Assembly (NCBI GenBank): GCA_050049275.1
Contig: JASFWO010000001.1
Coordinates: 1-24,564, forward strand
DNA from: Flavobacteriaceae bacterium
GTDB taxonomy: Bacteria > Bacteroidota > Bacteroidia > Flavobacteriales > Flavobacteriaceae
DNA length: 24,564 nt
Direction of reading: 5' to 3'
The notes beneath the pieces are model-generated. The model had not been told where the DNA came from, ran no database searches, and worked only from the letters and a program-made list of their open reading frames with translations. Positions 1 to 6,681 of this stretch are shown one piece after another. The position numbers were made by a program, and so were the translations under genes. Numbering within the stretch: position 1 is the first letter of the stretch; the number at the start of each line of letters is the position of its first letter.

Positions 1-2
1 AA

Positions 3-1070
3 TTTCTAGACATATACAACATACAAAAAGAACCCGCTCGCACCAATGCATTTGGTTTTCTTATAATCTTATTGGTCTTCCAGGTCATTGTGGTTGTTTT
101 CTTATCCATTGAAGACATTCTTCGTGGTTTTCGAGCAATTATTGCTTTTTTTGTCCCTGAGGTGGGACCTGTTTGGGTGGGTCGAAGAAAATTTGTCAGC
201 CAGATAGCTTTAGGTCTGGCGGCCCTTCCCGTTGCTGGGTTGCTGTATGGGATTTTGAAAGGGAAGTACAACTATAAGGTGCTCAGTTATGAACTCACCT
301 TTGACGATCTACCTGAGGCTTTTGATGGCTTTCAACTGACACAAATATCGGACCTTCATTGTGGGAGTTTTGACAATCCTGAACGTGTTCAATACGGAAT
401 TGACCTAATAAACGAACAGCGATCAGATGTAATTCTTTTTACAGGAGATATGGTCAACAACCGAGCCGCCGAACTCGATCGTTGGCAGAGTATGTTGGCT
501 ACCCTTGACGCCAAGTATGGGGTCTATTCAGTGTTGGGCAATCATGACTACGGAGATTATGTTCCATGGAATAGTCCCGAAGACAAATCGTCTAATATGG
601 ACAGGCTTATGGAGATCCAAAAACAAATGGGCTTTAAGTTGCTCTGCAATGAAAATGATGTGATTCATAAAGAAGATCAAAAATTAGCCATAGTGGGTGT
701 TGAAAATTGGGGTGCTGGTGAGTTTACCAAAAAAGGGGATTTGTCCAAAGCCCTTTCAGGTCTTGATGCGGATTGTTTTAAGATTTTGTTGACCCACGAC
801 CCTTCCCATTGGCAGCTCAAAATCAAGGACGAGGACATAAACATTCCTTTAACTCTCAGCGGTCATACTCACGGTATGCAATTTGGCATTGAAATTCCAG
901 GGAAGTTCAAATGGAGCCCTGTCAAATGGCGCTACCCCTATTGGGCAGGGGTGTATAAAGAGAACAATAAATACCTCAATGTCAACCGTGGATTTGGTTA
1001 TTTGGCCTACCCTGGCCGTCTTGGAATATGGCCTGAAATCACCGTAATAACCTTAAAAAAAGCGGTTTAG
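3..1070 (+). CDS. Membrane-associated calcineurin-like metallophosphoesterase (YkuE/YaeI-like), 5'-truncated by the window edge
   Basis: Motifs DLH, GDMVN, GNHD(YG), THDP and GHTHG. The frame is open from base 3 (FLDIYNIQKEPARTNAFGFLIIL) into the ORF-track start at 72, so the true start lies upstream of the window. An RRKF-plus-hydrophobic segment precedes the catalytic domain. Confidence 0.9.
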   Translation, partial: FLDIYNIQKEPARTNAFGFLIILLVFQVIVVVFLSIEDILRGFRAIIAFFVPEVGPVWVGRRKFVSQIALGLAALPVAGLLYGILKGKYNYKVLSYELTFDDLPEAFDGFQLTQISDLHCGSFDNPERVQYGIDLINEQRSDVILFTGDMVNNRAAELDRWQSMLATLDAKYGVYSVLGNHDYGDYVPWNSPEDKSSNMDRLMEIQKQMGFKLLCNENDVIHKEDQKLAIVGVENWGAGEFTKKGDLSKALSGLDADCFKILLTHDPSHWQLKIKDEDINIPLTLSGHTHGMQFGIEIPGKFKWSPVKWRYPYWAGVYKENNKYLNVNRGFGYLAYPGRLGIWPEITVITLKKAV

Positions 1071-1092
1071 CAAGGATTTAACCATAAAAATG

Positions 1093-1124
1093 TATTTTTG
1101 TGTTGAGTACATATCCTAAATTTG
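1093..1124 (+). promoter_or_regulatory. Two Bacteroidota -7 type promoter motifs upstream of the thioredoxin-like gene
   Basis: TATTTTTG at 1093-1100 and TAAATTTG at 1117-1124 both match TAnnTTTG in a 62-nt intergenic gap. No convincing -33 element was assigned. Confidence 0.5.
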
Positions 1125-1132
1125 ATTGAACC

Positions 1133-1429
1133 ATGTCTAAGTTTGGTGAATTAATAGATGCAAAAGCACCGATCCTACTCGACTTTTACACAGAGTGGGA
1201 TGAAACTTCTGAGGAGATGCATTCGGTGTTGCGCGATGTGGCAGCTGCTATGGGCGACCAAGGCAAAGTCATTAAAATTGATGTCGAAAAAAATCCTCAG
1301 CTGGTCGAAGCTTTGCGAGTCAAAGGCTTACCTACCCTAATGATTTATAAAGGCGGTGAAATGGTGTGGCGCCAAAGCGGAGAACAAGACGCCAACACTT
1401 TGATTTCTTTGATGAAAGATTTCCTTTAA
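1133..1429 (+). CDS. Thioredoxin-fold protein lacking the CxxC motif
   Basis: PILLDFYTEW, VIKIDVEKNPQL and GLPTLMIYKGGE match the thioredoxin fold including the cis-Pro loop. The active-site position reads WDETS and the protein has no Cys. Confidence 0.85.
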   Translation: MSKFGELIDAKAPILLDFYTEWDETSEEMHSVLRDVAAAMGDQGKVIKIDVEKNPQLVEALRVKGLPTLMIYKGGEMVWRQSGEQDANTLISLMKDFL

Positions 1430-4400
1430 GACCTCAATTGCTCGAATCTAGCTGAAGCCGAATCAAATGTTTTTTGGGCGGCTTGTAAAATTTCTTGATT
1501 TTCTTCGTGCCTTTTCAGACTTTCCAACAACGACCGATAGGCTCCTACATCAACCAGTATGGAAGAGGCGTAGTATGTTAAATCATCTGCTTCGATATTG
1601 CCATACAACTCCAATCGGTTTTGGTAAATAGTGGCTATTTTTTCAAACAAATCCAACCCTGCCTTGGTGTCATTAGCCTTATACAAAGCAGGTACAAATG
1701 CCTGAAGCTCCGCATAAAAATCATAATCACCGTAAAAATAACTGAAGGGTTTGATCGCATCATAAAACAACTTGTACTCCTCAGCAAGTGCTTCATAGTC
1801 TCTCGATTGAACAATAGTTTCTACCAAACTTCGATAACGTTCTACATAAGCCAGTAACTCTGTTGACATATTGTATTGGTCATCAAGAGAGATACTCGCA
1901 TAATATGCCATGTATTCTCGATATCCTTTAGACAATTCTCGCATCAAGTTTTGGGCTTTACTTGGTGCGCCAGCACGGTAATACGCCTCCACAAAAGGGG
2001 TAAGTAAACTGTAGTAACCGAAAGATTCAAGAGGCATTTTATCCATAGCCAAATCTAGTACATCAATGGCTTTGTCGGCTTGTCCCTCATCGATTAGGGA
2101 TTCGGCCAATCTGCTTATGTTGGATCGAAATGAGATGCTGTTTTTTCGAGTTTCAGGATCGTGATAGATCAAAGGACTATCGGCATTTCCCCAATCCCAT
2201 TTTTTAACAATCTCATACATTTTGTCGGCATCTATGCGCCCCATTTGATACGGATTGTTCGGGTTAATGAGTGTGCGAATGGGCACCAATTTGTAGACCA
2301 AGCCTTCGAGCTGAAGGTAATCTTTCATCCAAAAATATTCTTCCTCATCATAGCTACCCCCTGTAAAGTAAATGGGTCTTTCCCAATCGTTGTTTTTAAG
2401 GATATCGAGCATCAACAAGCGGTTTTTGTAGATTCCAGAAGTGGGTAAGTCGATGTCAATATAATCAACGATGAGATGTGCATCTTGAGGTTTTACCACC
2501 CCGCTTTTCAATACATTTTCTTTATTGACGGGCACTCGAAGTTTGTTGGTAGGATAATACACAAGTTCTTGGGTGGCTTTCGGAATCTGGTCCAAGTCTG
2601 CTCCGTATTGTTGCAGCAAATGTTTGTATTTGGTGCGGGGGTGATCACTGCTTACCCAGTTCATAAAGTCATCAATGTCCCATCGCACGCTGTCCAGAAG
2701 CGCTTCGTGTTTGATGTAATCTCTCACGCCATAAGCATATTGAGCATGTTTGAGTTGTGAGGGTATTGGGGTGCTCTCGTACGTCTTTCTTTTGAGTTGA
2801 TCGATATACCAATCGGTTGCCAAAAGCTGGGTATTGATGCTTCGAACATCGGTACGATAGCCTTCAATTTCTTGGACATACCAAATTGCGAAAGTATCAT
2901 TGTCTCCTATGGTAAAAATCATCGCATCTACACCCTCTTCCACGGAATCCAAATAGGCTTTGGCGGTCGATTGGGCGGTGTATCTTCCCGATCGGTCGTG
3001 ATCGTCCCAATTTTCAGAAGCCATTAGCACAGGCACCGCTAACAGACTCAGAGTTGCAGTGAGCCCAACTGCGAGTTTGGGTCGTAGGTAGTTTTTGAGT
3101 TGGGTTTGTAAAGCCAACACTCCGAACCCTATAAAAATGCTAAAAGCATAAAACGAACCCACCAAGGCATAATCCCGTTCACGGGGTTCAAACACCCGCT
3201 CATTTAAATACACCTTTAATGCCAAACCTGTAAACAAGAAAAGCAACAACACCACCCAAAAACGTTTTGGATCTTTTTGATACAGAAACAACAATCCAAA
3301 AAGCCCGAATAGTAAGGGCAACATGTAATATTTGTTTTTGCCTTTATTGTTTTGCAATTCGCTAGGCAAGGCGTCTTGATCTCCCAAGCGCCAGTTGTCT
3401 ATAAAAGGGATGCCACTGATCCAATTTCCATTGGTGCGATCGAGTTTTCCCTGGATGTCATTTTGGCGTCCTGAAAAATTCCACAAAAAATACCGCCAAT
3501 ACATATATCCCATTTGAAACTCAAACATATAGCGGAGGTTGGTGAAAAACGAAGGCTTCTCAATGTTCAAGAAGGATCCAAACTGTTGTAAAAAACGGTG
3601 GTAATCTTCCACATCTGCATCTCCTTCGTTCCAACGGCCGATAAACTCATTGACCATTTGAATAAGCTGTTGCTCATTGCGGTATTCGGGTTTGATGTCA
3701 AAATCTACCACTCCAAAATAACGCATATAATTTACTGCGTTTCCGCTGCTCCACATCCTAGGAAGTATGCCCTCATGCGCACTGTTGCTGTTGACACGTG
3801 CTTGCTCCCACTCATTGACAACAATGTACTTTTTGGTTTTTTCATCCCGTTCATACTTAGGCTTATCGTCCACATAAGGTTTATTGGCATCTTGTCCTGC
3901 ATACATATCAGAAAACATAGGCCCGTAGAACAAGTGGGTTTCAGGATATTGTTCTAGGTTATAGTAAGCCAACAAAGAGCGTGCATCTGTTGGGGCGTTT
4001 TCATTGATTACCGTATTGGCGTTGGCACGTATGGGCAGCATAATCCAAGAGGAAAAACCAATCAAGATAAATAAGACACACAGCAAGACGGTGTTGATCT
4101 GTACCCACTTTTTAGCTTGCGTCCATTTGAGAGCAAACCAAAAGAACATCACGATGACAGTGCCGGCAATAATGGTTCCGGAATTGAATGGCAACCCAAC
4201 TTGGTTGACAAAAAACACTTCTGCATAACCAAAGAATGCCAAAGTCGAAGGCAACAACAATTTGAAAATAAACAACAAAATGGAGACGGAAATGACATTG
4301 GCTATCAAAAAGTTTTGAATCGTAATTTTTTGGGTGTTTTTAAAATAATAGAGCATCCCGATAGCAGGGATTGTGAGCAGTCCCATAAAGTGTACTCCAA

Positions 4401-4950
4401 AAGACAATCCCACTACAAAAGCGATTAGCACCAACCAACGGTCGCCACGGGGGTTGTGCATATCGGCTTCCCAACGAAGCCCCAGCCAAAAAAGCAATGC
4501 CAAAAGGCAAGTAGCCATTGCATAAACTTCTGCTTCAACCGCGTTAAACCAAAAACTGTCTGAAAAAGCAAACCCTAAGGCACCAACCGCAGCCGCAACA
4601 AAAATCCCAGCATTGTGATCTCCTTGATTGTTAGGATCTAGAAAACGTTTGCTCAGCCGCGTGATGGTCCAGAATAAAAATAAAATCGTAAAAGCACTAG
4701 CCAACACCGACATCATATTCACCGCTAGAGCGATGTACTCAGCAGAGGGTGCTAGGCCAGCAAAAACGGCCCCTACCATTTGGAAAAATGGCGCTCCGGG
4801 CGGATGCCCTACTTGTAGCTTGGCCGAGGTAGCGATGTATTCACTGCAATCCCAATAACTGGCCGTGGGTTCTACAGTGAGGATGTAGGTGCAAAGCGCC
4901 ACCGCAAAGACTGCCCAACCCACGAGGTTGTTCCATTGATTGTAGTTCAT
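1426..4950 (-). CDS. DUF2723 multi-pass membrane protein (GT-C fold, TMEM260-like putative glycosyltransferase), about 1174 aa
   Basis: N-terminal TVEPTASYWDCSEYIATSAKLQVGHPPGAPFF, SDSFWFNAVEAEVYA, ERDYA, WDDHDRS and IFTIGDNDTF are DUF2723 hallmarks. The start was moved from 5031 to the ATG at 4950 (MNYNQWNN) because the extra 27 codons cover a promoter-like region. Confidence 0.88.
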   Translation of the reverse strand: MNYNQWNNLVGWAVFAVALCTYILTVEPTASYWDCSEYIATSAKLQVGHPPGAPFFQMVGAVFAGLAPSAEYIALAVNMMSVLASAFTILFLFWTITRLSKRFLDPNNQGDHNAGIFVAAAVGALGFAFSDSFWFNAVEAEVYAMATCLLALLFWLGLRWEADMHNPRGDRWLVLIAFVVGLSFGVHFMGLLTIPAIGMLYYFKNTQKITIQNFLIANVISVSILLFIFKLLLPSTLAFFGYAEVFFVNQVGLPFNSGTIIAGTVIVMFFWFALKWTQAKKWVQINTVLLCVLFILIGFSSWIMLPIRANANTVINENAPTDARSLLAYYNLEQYPETHLFYGPMFSDMYAGQDANKPYVDDKPKYERDEKTKKYIVVNEWEQARVNSNSAHEGILPRMWSSGNAVNYMRYFGVVDFDIKPEYRNEQQLIQMVNEFIGRWNEGDADVEDYHRFLQQFGSFLNIEKPSFFTNLRYMFEFQMGYMYWRYFLWNFSGRQNDIQGKLDRTNGNWISGIPFIDNWRLGDQDALPSELQNNKGKNKYYMLPLLFGLFGLLFLYQKDPKRFWVVLLLFLFTGLALKVYLNERVFEPRERDYALVGSFYAFSIFIGFGVLALQTQLKNYLRPKLAVGLTATLSLLAVPVLMASENWDDHDRSGRYTAQSTAKAYLDSVEEGVDAMIFTIGDNDTFAIWYVQEIEGYRTDVRSINTQLLATDWYIDQLKRKTYESTPIPSQLKHAQYAYGVRDYIKHEALLDSVRWDIDDFMNWVSSDHPRTKYKHLLQQYGADLDQIPKATQELVYYPTNKLRVPVNKENVLKSGVVKPQDAHLIVDYIDIDLPTSGIYKNRLLMLDILKNNDWERPIYFTGGSYDEEEYFWMKDYLQLEGLVYKLVPIRTLINPNNPYQMGRIDADKMYEIVKKWDWGNADSPLIYHDPETRKNSISFRSNISRLAESLIDEGQADKAIDVLDLAMDKMPLESFGYYSLLTPFVEAYYRAGAPSKAQNLMRELSKGYREYMAYYASISLDDQYNMSTELLAYVERYRSLVETIVQSRDYEALAEEYKLFYDAIKPFSYFYGDYDFYAELQAFVPALYKANDTKAGLDLFEKIATIYQNRLELYGNIEADDLTYYASSILVDVGAYRSLLESLKRHEENQEILQAAQKTFDSASARFEQLRS

Positions 4951-4973
4951 ACAAACGAATTGATTAGGAGGTA

Positions 4974-4981
4974 CGAAAGTA
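4974..4981 (-). promoter_or_regulatory. Variant -7 promoter element for DUF2723
   Basis: Minus-strand TACTTTCG (one mismatch to TAnnTTTG), 23 nt upstream of the ATG at 4950. Confidence 0.45.
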
Positions 4982-5019
4982 CACAATTCTGATTTTGAAG
5001 TGAAATCAAAAACAAAGTA

Positions 5020-5049
5020 TTGGTCTTCCAAAACTTTATTTTATTTTTG
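5020..5049 (+). promoter_or_regulatory. Bacteroidota sigma-70 promoter of the tRNA-Gln locus
   Basis: TTG (5020-5022), a 19-nt spacer, then TATTTTTG (5042-5049), matching TTG-N19-TAnnTTTG. It ends 9 nt before the interrupted tRNA copy at 5059. Confidence 0.7.
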
Positions 5050-5058
5050 CACCTCCAA

Positions 5059-5141
5059 TGGCCTATGGTGTAAGCTACCTAAGACCAGCCAAACTGGCAA
5101 CACGCCTGCCTGCCAGCAGGCAGGTCTGATTCAAAATCAGA
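5059..5141 (+). pseudogene. Interrupted duplicate of the tRNA-Gln 5' half
   Basis: TGGCCTATGGTGTAA (5059-5073), CTGGCAACACG (5094-5104) and TCTGATT (5125-5131) together equal the first 33 nt of the intact tRNA. They are separated by two 20-nt insertions. No T-arm or 3' acceptor strand follows. Confidence 0.85.
5105..5124. repeat. 20-nt GC-rich palindrome (REP-like)
   Basis: CCTGCCTGC-CA-GCAGGCAGG: perfect 9-bp arms around a 2-nt centre. Confidence 0.8.
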
Positions 5142-5191
5142 CTAAAACTGGCAGAAGTGAATTTCGGCTTTAAACGAAGTAATTGATATTT

Positions 5192-5264
5192 TGGCCTATG
5201 GTGTAACTGGCAACACGTCTGATTTTGGTTCAGAAGAGTCTAGGTTCGATCCCTAGTAGGCCAA
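5192..5264 (+). tRNA. tRNA-Gln (anticodon TTG)
   Basis: Cloverleaf: acceptor TGGCCTA/TAGGCCA (U1-A72, typical of tRNA-Gln), D-arm, anticodon arm TCTGA-TTTTGGT-TCAGA, T-arm CTAGG-TTCGATC-CCTAG. CCA is not encoded. Confidence 0.97.
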
Positions 5265-5265
5265 C

Positions 5266-5294
5266 AAAAAATCCCGCAAACAGCGGGATTTTTT
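5266..5294. terminator. Bidirectional intrinsic terminator after tRNA-Gln
   Basis: AAAAAATCCCGC-AAACA-GCGGGATTTTTT, with A and T tracts on either side. It lies between the tRNA and the convergent desaturase gene. Confidence 0.85.
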
Positions 5295-5382
5295 CTTTGC
5301 ACACTGTTTTTTTTAAAAATCAAGATTTTTTAAAAAAAAATAAAACAAAAAAAGCGCTTATCAGGGAGTATAAATGAAAAAT

Positions 5383-6609
5383 TTATTGTTTAAGCTTTTC
5401 ATGCAGGATTGCAATCCAAACAAAAGCTACCCATCCATACACTGCCCATCCGATAAACATCTCTTTTTCTTGAAATACAGCTGTCAACGACCAACCTAAA
5501 ACCAAAAGATTTCGAACCCACTCAAGGTTTATAGCCCATTTTTTGCCGTCCATCACACTGGTATAACTAAAGATGGCAACAAACAAAGCCCCTCCTATTT
5601 GCAACAACATATGGGTGCCCAAGGATTCAAACAAATACAGCATCTGCAACAACAATCCAAGAGTCGCCACCAAGTGAAAGGCAGCCCAATAAGACAGACT
5701 GTTTGATGTTTTTGGGGCATATTTTTCGAAATCATGCAGGTTTTCTATGGTTTTCATCGGACGTTGCTGAGCGACATCCATTGGGCGCCAACCTGTGGGT
5801 CGAAACCAAAGTTGGAGTTTGTCTTTCCAATTTCTGGTATACCAAGCATCTTTGGCGAGGCTCCAGAAATGCATAAAGTTGATCAGTAGGGGATTCCAAG
5901 TATGGACAGGCTTCAGTACCCCATAGACAGGGGGTTCTTCATCTAATTCTTCTTGAAAGGTGCCAAACATACGGTCCCAAACACAAAAAATGGCTGCCAA
6001 ATTTTTATCAATATAAAGGGGATTGATGGCGTGATGTACACGATGCTGGGAGGGGGTAACGATGATATATTCCAACCAACCCAATTTACCAATATGACGT
6101 GTGTGGTACCAAAATTGCCCAAACAAATGCAAGGGTGCCAAAATCGCAATGACCTCTTCGGGTATGCCGAGAAAGGCAGCTGGAATTAGAAAGAGTGCGC
6201 CGTATCCCAACACATTGGAGATGCTTTGGCGTAGTGCACAAGCCATGTTGAATTCTTCGCTGCTGTGGTGGATGATGTGTTGGTTCCAAAACACATTGAT
6301 TTTGTGGTTAAGCCGATGCGACCAGTAAGATGCGAAGTCTATGCAGACAAAAGCGACGAAGTAAAGCCAAGGAGTGGCCTCGATTTGAACCAAAGAAAGC
6401 TGGCTTTCAAGCCACGGATAGGAAATCAGAATAACCGCAAGCCCCAAGGTGTCTTTCAGTATGTTGGTCATTCCTGAGCTCAAGCTGGCGATGGTGTCCA
6501 TAAACACATGGGTCTGTTTACCTTTCCAATATCCATAGAACAACTCTACAGACATCAACAATACAAAGACAGGTATTGCAACCAATAAGGCGTTTGCATA
6601 AGCTTCCAT
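5383..6609 (-). CDS. Sterol desaturase/fatty acid hydroxylase family protein, alkylglycerol monooxygenase (AGMO/TMEM195)-like
   Basis: Di-iron His boxes HRLNH, HIIHHSSEEFN, FWYHT and PSQHRVHH, plus DKNLAAIFCVWDRMFGTF and the AGMO-type C-terminal extension (LWFRPTGWRP and further TM helices). Confidence 0.85.
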   Translation of the reverse strand: MEAYANALLVAIPVFVLLMSVELFYGYWKGKQTHVFMDTIASLSSGMTNILKDTLGLAVILISYPWLESQLSLVQIEATPWLYFVAFVCIDFASYWSHRLNHKINVFWNQHIIHHSSEEFNMACALRQSISNVLGYGALFLIPAAFLGIPEEVIAILAPLHLFGQFWYHTRHIGKLGWLEYIIVTPSQHRVHHAINPLYIDKNLAAIFCVWDRMFGTFQEELDEEPPVYGVLKPVHTWNPLLINFMHFWSLAKDAWYTRNWKDKLQLWFRPTGWRPMDVAQQRPMKTIENLHDFEKYAPKTSNSLSYWAAFHLVATLGLLLQMLYLFESLGTHMLLQIGGALFVAIFSYTSVMDGKKWAINLEWVRNLLVLGWSLTAVFQEKEMFIGWAVYGWVAFVWIAILHEKLKQ

Positions 6610-6614
6610 ATTTA

Positions 6615-6622
6615 CGAATGTA
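6615..6622 (-). promoter_or_regulatory. Variant -7 element 5 nt before the desaturase ATG
   Basis: Minus-strand TACATTCG-TAAAT-ATG. Confidence 0.4.
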
Positions 6623-6652
6623 ACAAATTCGTGTTATTAGTGAATTAATATG

Positions 6653-6660
6653 TATATTTG
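6653..6660 (+). promoter_or_regulatory. -7 promoter element of the rimP-nusA-infB operon
   Basis: TATATTTG, an exact TAnnTTTG match, 56 nt upstream of the rimP ATG. Confidence 0.7.
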
Positions 6661-6681
6661 CCTGGATTTTGTGGAACTACG

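Noticed and set aside
4951-5031. 27-codon N-terminal extension of DUF2723 in the ORF track
   Set aside because: It overlaps promoter-like elements of both divergent units and has no family-like sequence. The ATG at 4950 gives a typical start just before the first TM helix.
5059-5191. A second complete tRNA, such as tRNA-Leu(CAA), or an intron-containing tRNA
   Set aside because: No T-arm or 3' acceptor strand follows the CAA hairpin. The 20-nt inserts are far too short for group I or II introns.
5059-5191. Mini CRISPR array (tRNA-derived blocks with 20-nt spacers)
   Set aside because: The blocks are different parts of the tRNA rather than identical repeats, and no cas genes are present.
5264-5267. 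tRNA lacks an encoded CCA
   Set aside because: Common in bacteria with a CCA-adding enzyme; not a defect.
5374-5499. 41-codon plus-strand ORF MKNLLFKLF...
   Set aside because: Almost entirely antisense to the desaturase 3' end, with no promoter or recognisable motif.
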